NCBI GenBank assembly: GCA_964621305.1
Contig: CAZUOM010000007.1
Span: 5,422 to 69,421, forward strand
Source of the DNA: an uncultured Gammaproteobacteria bacterium
GTDB lineage: Bacteria > Patescibacteriota > Microgenomatia > UBA10105 > UBA927
Length of the DNA stretch: 64,000 bases
Direction of reading: 5' to 3'
Each line of letters begins with the position of its first letter. The first letter of the stretch is position 1. Shown here piece by piece: positions 28,864-37,414 of the stretch. Both the position numbers and the translations under genes were made by a program. The notes below the pieces were generated by a model. That model saw nothing but the letters and a program-made list of their open reading frames with translations, had not been told where the DNA came from and ran no database searches.

Positions 28864-30095
28864 AGCGCAATGCTCCCGTCGTATTCTTCGGATTGTTTTG
28901 TATAGGCGTTGTTTTCCGACTCTGGTTTGTCTCGCTTGTTACTCAGCCATTTGTATATGACCAGGAGGAGTACTATGGATATGCCCTCGGAATACTCAAA
29001 AACGGCCTTCACGCGGATCTCTATCGGCTCTACGGGTACCCGCTGATCATAACACCGCTCATTTATTTCTTCGGCGTGACAAGTCCGCTGCCGTGGACAA
29101 TTTTTCATGCGATCCTTGACACGACGACGGCATTTTTGGTCTTTTGGATAGGGAAAAAGTTGTTTCACAGTGAGAAACCTGCGTGGATTGCTTTTATTCT
29201 CTATCTCTTTAATCCGTTTACTGCAGGCTACGTAGGGGTTTTATTAAGCGAGATCATAGCGATTTTTTTTACAGCCTTGATTTTTGTCTTTTTTTTAGTG
29301 GATGCCGAGAAGCCTCGACTTCTCACCGGCAGTTTTCTGGCTTTCTTATTAGGCTACTACGTCCAGATTAAACCGGGATTTTTGTGGTTTAGCCTTATTG
29401 CCTTAGCCGTAGTTGTGATAAGGAGGATTAGAATAGTAGCCGTGATGATGGTTCTTTTTCTTCTTCCTTTTTCATATAATCTCGTCGGTAACTGGAAGGC
29501 GTTTGGGGAAGTTAACCCCATGATGGTTGACCGTGTGTTTGCGCGGGAGCTTTACACAAGTCTATTTATTGGCCGGGGACTCGCATTTACCGATACGCAG
29601 TTTGGAGTGTGGCCGCAGGAAGCATACGAGGTTTGGAATGAGCTCTCACGCCCAAAAAATGCGCGCGAGCGTGATACTGTTGCAAAAAAATATATTGATT
29701 CGGCGCTAGCCAAAATTAAAAGCGATCCGGTCTGGTTTATCCGGACCAGGATAGCAAAGATGGGATACGTATGGGAAAAACATTTTGTCTTTCCGTATGC
29801 TCAAGGCAAGAGCGGTGATTTAACTAAAAGCGTAATATACTGGGGAAATCTGGCGATTCTGGGATTGGCAATAGTAGGATTTGTTAGATGGATAAGAGGG
29901 ACAAGAGGGATTAGGGGCATCGGGTCTCTGGTGATACTCCTCGTGGTTTATATTTCCGCTGTACACGCTTTTTCCACATCAGAGGAGCGGTTTTCGCTGC
30001 CGGCGTATCCCATGGTTTTTCTGTTTGCCGGATATGGACTGTGGTTGGTTGGGAGAAGCAAGCTGTTTAAGGCCGCTGTCATAGATAAACGTTAG
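28860..30095 (+). CDS. ArnT/PMT-like GT-C membrane glycosyltransferase
   Basis: The loop 1 motif is YDQEEYYGYALGI and YLFNPFTAGY is conserved. It is a paralog of the gene at 25327-26490. It carries a 9-nt in-frame repeat at 29902-29937. Confidence 0.6.
   Translation: MKRNAPVVFFGLFCIGVVFRLWFVSLVTQPFVYDQEEYYGYALGILKNGLHADLYRLYGYPLIITPLIYFFGVTSPLPWTIFHAILDTTTAFLVFWIGKKLFHSEKPAWIAFILYLFNPFTAGYVGVLLSEIIAIFFTALIFVFFLVDAEKPRLLTGSFLAFLLGYYVQIKPGFLWFSLIALAVVVIRRIRIVAVMMVLFLLPFSYNLVGNWKAFGEVNPMMVDRVFARELYTSLFIGRGLAFTDTQFGVWPQEAYEVWNELSRPKNARERDTVAKKYIDSALAKIKSDPVWFIRTRIAKMGYVWEKHFVFPYAQGKSGDLTKSVIYWGNLAILGLAIVGFVRWIRGTRGIRGIGSLVILLVVYISAVHAFSTSEERFSLPAYPMVFLFAGYGLWLVGRSKLFKAAVIDKR
29902..29937. repeat. 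9-nt in-frame imperfect repeat x4 inside the GT-C gene at 28860-30095
   Basis: Read directly from the sequence: ataagagggacaagagggattaggggcatcgggtct. It encodes IRGTRGIRGIGS. Confidence 0.7.
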
Positions 30096-31604
30096 AGGAA
30101 CACCTTGAATGCTTACTGTGTAAATTGGTTGCCTGTTTTTCATGTATTCGGTAATTCCCCAGTAACGAGTAAAAAAAGATTCCCTGTTGAGAAGCACAAC
30201 GTAACTAGCTTCATCAAATCCCTTTTGGTTCACATGGGCGGTAAGATCCGGGCGCAAGTACTTGGCTGCTGCATCTGCCGCCATCACGATATGGACGTAG
30301 CTATCCTTTGGAGCGTTAGCGTTTAGCCAGCGGATAGCTTGCTTTTGAGAGGTGCCCCAGTACTCGACATCAAATTTGTGCCAGGCGCCGCGGATTCCAC
30401 CCACTAGCTCGTTGAAGTAGGAGATTTGGTAAGGGTGATAGGAGGTAATCTGTAAAATTAAGTAACCGAATATTCCCAACGTAATTATAGCTAAGAAAGG
30501 CTTTTTCACATTGTTAAATTGTTTCATTGTTAAATTGTTAAAAAATCGAAACGCATTTGCGGTGCCAACTGCCGCAATCGCCGCCAGCGGAAAAACTACT
30601 TCTTCAAAGTGGCGGATGCCGTCGATGACGCCGATCTTGGGGTTGAGATAGCGAATAAGAGGAATGAAAAACCAAAAGAGAAGTAGAGAGGCGACGGGTT
30701 TTTGTCTGATTTGCCTAATTAGTCTAATTAGTCCAATTAGGAAAAAAACCAAGACGGGAACAGGCGTCGTAACCGCCAAGTACCCGAAAGGGTAATGCCA
30801 GGGGACGTTGACGCCGGATTTGTAGATGTTGCCAAAATAGAGGACTTCTAGGTTTTGAGTGTTGTCTAGAAAAAATCGGAACATGTAGGTGAGCCGTTCG
30901 ATTGGATTGGGCCACAAGGGGAGCCAGAGGAGGAGAGCGGCGGCTGGCGCCAGAAGAAAGTATAGTAAGAAGAAAATCTTTTTCTTATCTATTATCCAAG
31001 CGCCGGTTATCACTGGCACAAAAAGAGTATTGACCTTAGTGTTGAAGGCGATTGCAAATGAGAGGCAGGCGAGAACTAGATCTTTGACGCGTTTGTACTT
31101 TACCAGTCTCCAAAAAGCGTAGATAGCTAGAGCAAATGCCGCCGCTTGTGGAACATCCTTCATGTTGTTGTGGAGGTCGCCGAAGTAGCGAGGCAAAAGC
31201 GCGAGAAACGTAAATCCAGCAAGAGCAGTTAGAAAGCCAAATGATTCTAAAAGGAATAAATAGAGTACAAAAATTCCGATTACGCCTGAAACGATTATGG
31301 ACAAGTGATAGGCGTTGTCAAATGGGAGAATCTTGAATTTTTCAAAAAAAAGTTGGTTCGTTGCCGCTGGACCAATCACCATCAGGGGCCCAAAAGGCAA
31401 ATCGTAAGTGCCGCGGGGGTCCGGTATGGTGAAGGGAATATTTTTGGTGAGTTCTTCTTTGACCGGAATCCCCAAGTGCCAGAGCCCTGCAAAAAAGTGA
31501 TGGTGGAAGTCCCACGTGACGCCGTAGTCGTCAATAATCACCAGATGTACAACTAGTAAAAGTATAGTAAGAGCTATTCCTATTTTTACGTGTTTACTTT
31601 TCAT
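29979..31604 (-). CDS. ArnT/PMT_2-like GT-C membrane glycosyltransferase
   Basis: It starts TWDFHHHFFAG... and contains AYHLSIIVSGVIGIF...LPRYFGDLHNNMKDVPQAAAFALA. It carries repeat tracts at 30508-30539 and 30715-30741. It overlaps the convergent gene by 117 nt. Confidence 0.65.
   Translation of the reverse strand: MKSKHVKIGIALTILLLVVHLVIIDDYGVTWDFHHHFFAGLWHLGIPVKEELTKNIPFTIPDPRGTYDLPFGPLMVIGPAATNQLFFEKFKILPFDNAYHLSIIVSGVIGIFVLYLFLLESFGFLTALAGFTFLALLPRYFGDLHNNMKDVPQAAAFALAIYAFWRLVKYKRVKDLVLACLSFAIAFNTKVNTLFVPVITGAWIIDKKKIFFLLYFLLAPAAALLLWLPLWPNPIERLTYMFRFFLDNTQNLEVLYFGNIYKSGVNVPWHYPFGYLAVTTPVPVLVFFLIGLIRLIRQIRQKPVASLLLFWFFIPLIRYLNPKIGVIDGIRHFEEVVFPLAAIAAVGTANAFRFFNNLTMKQFNNVKKPFLAIITLGIFGYLILQITSYHPYQISYFNELVGGIRGAWHKFDVEYWGTSQKQAIRWLNANAPKDSYVHIVMAADAAAKYLRPDLTAHVNQKGFDEASYVVLLNRESFFTRYWGITEYMKNRQPIYTVSIQGVPLTFIYDSGLKQLASPNQPQSISGKQKNHGIRRQRKPLL
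30508..30539. repeat. 16-nt unit x2 (CATTGTTAAATTGTT[T/A]), two octamers related to the 13894 tract, inside the GT-C gene at 29979-31604
   Basis: Read directly from the sequence: cattgttaaattgtttcattgttaaattgtta. Confidence 0.8.
30715..30741. repeat. 9-nt in-frame repeat x3 (CTAATTAGT) inside the GT-C gene at 29979-31604
   Basis: Read directly from the sequence: ctaattagtctaattagtccaattagg. It encodes LIGLIRLIRQ on the minus strand. Confidence 0.8.
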
Positions 31605-33102
31605 AGATTGTGACCGTTTGTGCGCCGTAAAGTTCTTTAAGAAAATTATATTTTAGTTGGAATTGAGACTTATCTCCGTCAAAATTAGTGAAGAAAATAT
31701 ACTTTATGTTTTGGCGGGCAAGCCACTGGCGTGCTTGGTCAGAAGTCATATTTTTGGCGAAAAATTTTGAGGATATTGCTTTTTTTTCATTGCTACTGAT
31801 CGTTGCAAACGCGTGGCCGGTGTAGCTAGTATGCCCGCTTAGGGCGGGGACTATGGAATCCATGTGGGTAGCTGGACTGGCAAGAACCACGTCACTTAAA
31901 GGGCTTAAGGAGCTTAAGTAGGTAAAACCATCATAGATTTCTCGCGGTAGGTACAAGAGGGGTATTCGCTCATGGGGTCTGACAACTAGTTTTTGTTGGA
32001 TTTCCCAGTATAAGGTAGGAAGGGTGAGAAGAAAAAAGATAGATAAAAGAATAATTTGAAATTTGAAATTTGAAATTTTAAATTTAAGTCCCTCTACGGC
32101 GAGCGCCCCCCAGAAGACGTAGAGAGCGGGGAACAGAACCCGGCTGTTGGAGACGCCGAGAAATTTAGGAATTGGTGAAAAGAAAAGAAGGTAACAAATG
32201 ATTAAAAGGACAGCGCCAAAAGTCATAATTGGTTTAGGCTTTAGGAATATGGAGCGTAACCCTAAAACTCCTAAAATAACTATCGGTCCTATCGATAGCA
32301 TCATAAAAAGCCCAGTTGTAGCGACCTGCTGACCGGCCTCCCAAAGTTTGGATTGGATATGGGGTTGGGTATTAGTGAGGCTGTTGTAATAGAGGGCAAC
32401 GATAAGAAAAACTACGGAAACTAAAAAATTTCCCCGGCCGGTTATCCACGACGTGAGGAGAAATAGCCCTGACACTACTGGGTTGAGTGTTGTAAGAAGG
32501 GTGATCAAGACAGTTGAGAAAATCAATTTTCTTTTTTGAATAAAAAACCATACGTAAACGAGGAGCAAAAACAAAAGCGTTTGCACTAGCTGGTGTGGAA
32601 CGGCACCTAAGCGGTCGAATGCAAGGTTGGGAGTTTTCCAAAGCAGAAATGGATACCACATGAATGTGCCGTCAACCCAGATGCGGTTCATAAAAGATGT
32701 AGCTGTTGTGGTAAAAAAAAATGCAATGAGAGCTTTTGACTTATTGTTATTAAATACGGATTGCATGAGTTGATAGGTGAAAAATAGTATGGTAAAAGAT
32801 AGAAGAAATACTGAGAGGTTGTATGACCATTGCGGTGCCAACCCGCCGGCTCCACCCAATTTCCCCAAAAGGATATTCGGCCAAAACATGATGCTTGGAC
32901 TGATTGCCTCGGTCGTGTATCTGTTTGCCGTCAGCCACGCCCCATGAGCAGCCTGAGTAAAGTGGTTAAGATAGAAAAAATAATCTTCATAATAGTGAGT
33001 GGTACCCAGGTAGACTTCTCCTGGTTTTGTGTTAATGACACCGGAAAAAAAGTTGATGGAGTTGAGGGATGAAAGAAACAGAATGAAAAAGAGAACAATC
33101 AT
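31594..33102 (-). CDS. Polytopic membrane protein of the YfhO-distant paralog family
   Basis: The N-terminus (THYYEDYFFYLNHFTQAAHGAWL) and C-terminus (VVLASPATHMDSIVPALSGHTSYTGH) match the family. A heptamer repeat lies at 32053-32086. Confidence 0.6.
   Translation of the reverse strand: MIVLFFILFLSSLNSINFFSGVINTKPGEVYLGTTHYYEDYFFYLNHFTQAAHGAWLTANRYTTEAISPSIMFWPNILLGKLGGAGGLAPQWSYNLSVFLLSFTILFFTYQLMQSVFNNNKSKALIAFFFTTTATSFMNRIWVDGTFMWYPFLLWKTPNLAFDRLGAVPHQLVQTLLFLLLVYVWFFIQKRKLIFSTVLITLLTTLNPVVSGLFLLTSWITGRGNFLVSVVFLIVALYYNSLTNTQPHIQSKLWEAGQQVATTGLFMMLSIGPIVILGVLGLRSIFLKPKPIMTFGAVLLIICYLLFFSPIPKFLGVSNSRVLFPALYVFWGALAVEGLKFKISNFKFQIILLSIFFLLTLPTLYWEIQQKLVVRPHERIPLLYLPREIYDGFTYLSSLSPLSDVVLASPATHMDSIVPALSGHTSYTGHAFATISSNEKKAISSKFFAKNMTSDQARQWLARQNIKYIFFTNFDGDKSQFQLKYNFLKELYGAQTVTIYEK
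32053..32086. repeat. (AATTTGA)x~4.7, the reverse complement of the TCAAATT heptamer tract, inside the membrane gene at 31594-33102
   Basis: Read directly from the sequence: aatttgaaatttgaaatttgaaattttaaattta. It encodes KFKISNFKFQI on the minus strand. Confidence 0.9.
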
Positions 33103-33118
33103 TGGTACTATTATATCA

Positions 33119-34579
33119 ATGAAAGAATCGTTGCATCGAATAATACCGTTCTTGTTGTATGGAGTTAGCTTCTTGTTATTAGTTTACTTCTTATGGTGGC
33201 ATGGCGTATTTGCCGTTTACAGGTATTTTGATGTCGATGAGTTTGCTCATCTTCATTGGATCAGCCATATGATCATGGGCAAATGGCCGTATAGGGACTT
33301 CCTCACGTTTTTTCCTCCCGGATTTTTATGGTTTTTGGCGCCTTCGTTTGCAATAGGCTGGGGGACGGTGACGCCTATTCTGACGGCACGCCTGATGATG
33401 TTTGCAGTATTTGTGGGCATTGTCGCCTCCGCCGGGCTTCTTTTTTGGGAAATGCGTCGGTCGTGGGTTGCCGTCATTGTGCCACTTTTATTGGCGTTTT
33501 TGCCTCTTCCGTTTGATAAGTTTGTCGAAATCCGGCCTGATAATCCGGCGGCACTTTTCCTTTTGGTTGGCATGTATTTTCAGGTCAGGTGGATGCGAGA
33601 AGGAAGACGTCTGAGTGCATTTGCTGCAGGTTTTTGCTATAGCACGTCGGTGCTCGTATTGACCAAGATGGTGCCGGCTGTAATGCCTGGTATTGGCCTG
33701 GCATTGTGGGAACTATCCAGGGGCAATAGAACAGCAACGCGTTTCTTTTTTGGTTTCGGTTTTCCGCTAGGGATAGTCGGATTGTGGCTTCTTACTCTGG
33801 GGGATGTGGGAACGGTATTGTACTCACTCGTGCAATTGCCAATTGAAGCAAATAAAATCAGCACAATATTTTTTATGGCTCCGGATTTATTTTTTTATCC
33901 TAACGGCATTTTTTACGGTACCAATGGCTGGAGTCGTGAACTTTTGTCAAATCACTTGTTGTGGATCGTTGGACTCACTATTGGAATCTATAGATTGGTG
34001 ACGGCATTTGGAAAGTCGGAACTGCTTGTTGCTGGGACCTTTATCCTGCAGGTTGTCATGTACATTCAGTTCGTTCCTCTCAAGCACGCGCAGTATCTAG
34101 TTCCGATTGCGCCGTTTGTGGCGTGGTATGTGGCTGATGGAGTCGGCATGATCTGGAAGAAGGTCGGGGGGATCGCATTTGCAGCGGCATTTTTGGTCGC
34201 AGCTTTTTATCTTTTTGACACAAGCGAGTCGGTGAATAGGCCTAAGCTTGGCTGGACGAATAATGAAGCAATCGCATTTTTGAAAAACCTTTATACGACG
34301 ATTCCAAAAACAGAATATATACTGGATCTCGATGGTCGGACTCTGTATTACCCGGATCCGTATTATGCTTGCTGTATACCATTTGGTCAGTTTGCGCCCT
34401 TTTTGAGCAGGCAGCTTCCGTCGCTTGCTGCTGTCCTTGAAAAAACACAAACAAGATATATTTACCAAGGCCAACTGGAGCGGGTGAAAACATTGCTCCC
34501 AGAGGACCAGGAGTATATTCTCAGTCGGTACAAGCAATTGGTCAATGGCGATCCACAGCTGCTTATTCGTACGAATTGA
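33119..34579 (+). CDS. ArnT-like GT-C membrane protein
   Basis: It contains DVDEFAHLHWISHMIMGKWPYRDF after TM1. The start is called at the internal Met to avoid overlap with the divergent gene; the ORF maximum begins at 33029. Confidence 0.5.
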   Translation: MKESLHRIIPFLLYGVSFLLLVYFLWWHGVFAVYRYFDVDEFAHLHWISHMIMGKWPYRDFLTFFPPGFLWFLAPSFAIGWGTVTPILTARLMMFAVFVGIVASAGLLFWEMRRSWVAVIVPLLLAFLPLPFDKFVEIRPDNPAALFLLVGMYFQVRWMREGRRLSAFAAGFCYSTSVLVLTKMVPAVMPGIGLALWELSRGNRTATRFFFGFGFPLGIVGLWLLTLGDVGTVLYSLVQLPIEANKISTIFFMAPDLFFYPNGIFYGTNGWSRELLSNHLLWIVGLTIGIYRLVTAFGKSELLVAGTFILQVVMYIQFVPLKHAQYLVPIAPFVAWYVADGVGMIWKKVGGIAFAAAFLVAAFYLFDTSESVNRPKLGWTNNEAIAFLKNLYTTIPKTEYILDLDGRTLYYPDPYYACCIPFGQFAPFLSRQLPSLAAVLEKTQTRYIYQGQLERVKTLLPEDQEYILSRYKQLVNGDPQLLIRTN

Positions 34580-34612
34580 CTCATCTTTTATTGCCTTGTA
34601 TGATGGGCGACA

Positions 34613-35332
34613 GTGAAAAAAGGCATTGATGTTTCTCTAGTTTTACCCTGTTTCAACGAAGCGGAAACATTTATGGAGAGCGTTGCGCATATTACTAAAG
34701 TATTGGAGGCAAGTAAATTTTCATACGAGGTTATCTTTGTTGAAGACAAAAGCAGCGACAATACTGCGGACTTGGTGTATGCGGCAGTTGCCAAACATAA
34801 AAAGTTTCGCGCCATTTTTCATCGAGTCAACCAAGGCCGCGGAGCATCAGTAGGAGACGGTATAAAGGCAGCCAAAGGCTCGACAGTAGGATTCATCGAT
34901 ATTGATTGCGAAGTGTCTCCTGTCTACATTCCCGAAATGGTTAGCATGATTTTGGCCCATAAAGCAGATGTGGTGGTTGGCAATCGCATCTATCGGACGA
35001 GTCTGTCTTCCATACCTCGAGAAGTGCTGAGCCGAGGTTACCGGAGGCTTTGTGACATTATGTTTGACACAGAGGGAATAGATACGGAAAGCGGCTACAA
35101 GTTTTTTCACAGAAAAAAAATACTACCAGTGCTCTGCCAGGCGCAACATCCTGGATGGTTTTGGGATACAGAGATTATAGTTTTGGGAAAGAGAGCTGGG
35201 CTTGCGATTGTGGAAATGCCAGTTTTCTATGAGCGCCGGAGAGATAAAACGTCATCTGTCCATGTTGCGATTGACACAGTAGACTATGTAAGAAGTCTTT
35301 TCGCACTCCGAGGACGCTTGAGGTCAACATAA
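34613..35332 (+). CDS. Family 2 glycosyltransferase (DPM1-like)
   Basis: Motifs include VSLVLPCFNEAETF and IFVEDKSSDNT. Confidence 0.8.
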   Translation: MKKGIDVSLVLPCFNEAETFMESVAHITKVLEASKFSYEVIFVEDKSSDNTADLVYAAVAKHKKFRAIFHRVNQGRGASVGDGIKAAKGSTVGFIDIDCEVSPVYIPEMVSMILAHKADVVVGNRIYRTSLSSIPREVLSRGYRRLCDIMFDTEGIDTESGYKFFHRKKILPVLCQAQHPGWFWDTEIIVLGKRAGLAIVEMPVFYERRRDKTSSVHVAIDTVDYVRSLFALRGRLRST

Positions 35333-35338
35333 GTATAT

Positions 35339-35911
35339 ATGATAAAGATCCGAAGACAGAAGGATCAAAGATCAGCTCTAGCTATCATCGGCTGGGGAAA
35401 AGCGCTGCGTTTTCTGTTTTTTGTCATTTACCGGTATCTGCTCCATATCGCAGTTGTGCCCCAGTTGCGGTCAATGCTGCTTACCATCGCCGGTGCAAAA
35501 ATTGGAACGGGCAGTATCATCCTAGACGTTGATTTTTCCAATCTCCATCACCATGGCTTTTCTCGCATGTGGGTGGGCAGACGTTGTTTTATAGGTGACG
35601 GGGCATTACTGGATACTCGAGGAGGACTACATTTGGGCGATGAGGTAACGCTTTCGAGTCGAGTTGTACTCATAACGCACACCAACGTAGGCTTTCCAAG
35701 CCATCCGCTCCAGAAAGCGTATCCACCTAAGGAGGGGAAAATCACGATCGGAGACGGAGCGTATTTGGGGACGGCGGCAATCGTCTTGCCTGGAATCACG
35801 ATCGGTGAAAAATCAGTGGTCGGGGCCGGAGCCGTCGTGACCCATGATGTTCCGACGAGGACCGTGGTTGCCGGCGTTCCTGCCAGAGCGATTAAAAAAA
35901 TTCGTCAATAG
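35339..35911 (+). CDS. Hexapeptide-repeat (LbH) acyl/acetyltransferase
   Basis: It has tandem hexapeptide repeats (IGDGAYLGTAAIVLPGITIGEKSVVGAGAVV). Confidence 0.8.
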   Translation: MIKIRRQKDQRSALAIIGWGKALRFLFFVIYRYLLHIAVVPQLRSMLLTIAGAKIGTGSIILDVDFSNLHHHGFSRMWVGRRCFIGDGALLDTRGGLHLGDEVTLSSRVVLITHTNVGFPSHPLQKAYPPKEGKITIGDGAYLGTAAIVLPGITIGEKSVVGAGAVVTHDVPTRTVVAGVPARAIKKIRQ

Positions 35912-35928
35912 ACTGGCTAGATCCTTTT

Positions 35929-37059
35929 ATGCGCATTCCACTGACCAGACCGTTTTGGGCTAAAGAAGAGGAAAAAGCCGCCGGTGTCTCGGTGCGGCGC
36001 CTACATGCTTCCGGCGACGGGCCGGAGAGCAGTCGGTTGGTCGAACATCTCAAGAAATTGACGCGGGCGGCATATGTTTTTCCGGTGACTTCCGGCACGC
36101 ACGGGCTCGAGCTTTCCATGATGGCATTAGGTGTTGGCTCTGGAGACGAAGTCATCATGCCGAGCTTTACTATGAGCTCGACGGCCAACAGCGTCGTTTT
36201 GCGGGGAGGCACTCCGGTGTTTGCCGAAATTGATGACGTTTATTTCAACATCGATCCGGCTGACGTCGAACGGAATATTACAAAAAAAACAAAGGGAATC
36301 ATTGTAGTTCACTACGCCGGCATGGCATGCAGAATGGAAAAAATAGTTGCCGTGGCAAAGAAATATAACTTGTTCATAGTTGAGGATGCAGCCCATTCCA
36401 TTGGTGTAAGCTATCTTGGTAAATCACTAGGTTTATGGGGCGACATCGGCGTCTACTCGTTTCACGCAACTAAAAATGTCGCATGCGGAGAAGGTGGCGT
36501 CCTTTTAACGAACAACCGGCTTTTAGCAAAAAAAATAGAAATTTATCGGGCAAATGGAACTAATAAAAACGCGTTTCTGCGTGGTGAAGTGGCCAAGTAT
36601 CACTGGCTGGATTTCGGTAGCAGCTATCTTCTCTCCGATGTGTTAGCCGCAATCGTCAACGCACAGCTTGCTAAATTAATAGTTATCAACCGGGAGCGGG
36701 CAAAAGTTGCCGCTTATTACACTAAGAAATTAATTCGGTTTAGCAATATCACCCTTCCGTCGGTTCCCAAAGGCAGCAAACCCAACTGGCACATCTATGC
36801 TATCCGTTTTGACTCCGGTGAGCACGCAGATATATTCTTGCATCAAATGCGTGCGGCTGGAATAGAAGTCTCGCGCCATTATGTTCCGCTCCATAGCGCC
36901 CCGGCGGGCAAAAAATTTGGCAAAAAATCCGGTAGACTTCCGGTGACCGATCGAATCCACGAAACCCTCATACGCCTGCCGATTTACCCTGGGCTAACAA
37001 AAAAAGAGCTATCCTACATTGTTTCCACCGCCAAGAAAACACTTCGGTCGCTCGTTTAG
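35929..37059 (+). CDS. DegT/DnrJ/EryC1-family sugar aminotransferase (ArnB/PseC-like)
   Basis: Motifs include FPVTSGTHGLELSMMALGVGSGDEVIMPSF and YSFHATKNVACGEGG. Confidence 0.85.
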   Translation: MRIPLTRPFWAKEEEKAAGVSVRRLHASGDGPESSRLVEHLKKLTRAAYVFPVTSGTHGLELSMMALGVGSGDEVIMPSFTMSSTANSVVLRGGTPVFAEIDDVYFNIDPADVERNITKKTKGIIVVHYAGMACRMEKIVAVAKKYNLFIVEDAAHSIGVSYLGKSLGLWGDIGVYSFHATKNVACGEGGVLLTNNRLLAKKIEIYRANGTNKNAFLRGEVAKYHWLDFGSSYLLSDVLAAIVNAQLAKLIVINRERAKVAAYYTKKLIRFSNITLPSVPKGSKPNWHIYAIRFDSGEHADIFLHQMRAAGIEVSRHYVPLHSAPAGKKFGKKSGRLPVTDRIHETLIRLPIYPGLTKKELSYIVSTAKKTLRSLV

Positions 37060-37168
37060 ATTAGAACCGATTGACGGTTCATTCCAGGCAGTTGAAACAG
37101 GAGCGGTTCTCGTGACCTACGATGCGCATTTTTCTGCGATTCCAGGGTTGAGAATGTGGGGAGAGTAA
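37060..37168 (+). pseudogene. Remnant of the C-terminus of a PIN-domain (VapC-like) toxin gene
   Basis: The open frame encodes ...AVETGAVLVTYDAHFSAIPGLRMWGE*, the typical VapC C-terminal pattern. There is no upstream coding sequence or start codon. It is about 70% DNA-identical to the 3' end of the intact vapC at 39245-39315. Confidence 0.45.
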
Positions 37169-37202
37169 GATAGGATAGTCATACTTGCCCTTCATTGTCT
37201 CC

Positions 37203-37280
37203 ATGCGGCCGTTTCTTTCCATTATCATCCCGTACCATAATTCCGCTGATACGATCAGTCGCTTGCTGATTCCTTAGAAA
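37203..37280 (+). pseudogene. Truncated 25-codon copy of the 5' end of the GT2 gene at 39351
   Basis: It encodes MRPFLSIIIPYHNSADTISRLLIP*, versus MRPFLSLIIPYHNSEATIGRLIT in the intact gene. The spacer upstream of it is also similar. Confidence 0.5.
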
Positions 37281-37414
37281 AAACCAAAACGAAGTACGTT
37301 TACCAGGGGTAGCTAAAACCGGTTACAACACTCTTGCCGCCTGGAGATCAAGCATACATTACTGCACGTTTTGAACCGGTTATGGGAATACCGGGCCTTT
37401 TGGAGCGTAAATAA

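Noticed and set aside
37370-37414. A weak hairpin (ccggt...accgg followed by cctttt) could be a terminator.
   Set aside because: The stem is only 5 bp with a 9-nt loop and a short T run. It is not convincing without folding-energy calculation.
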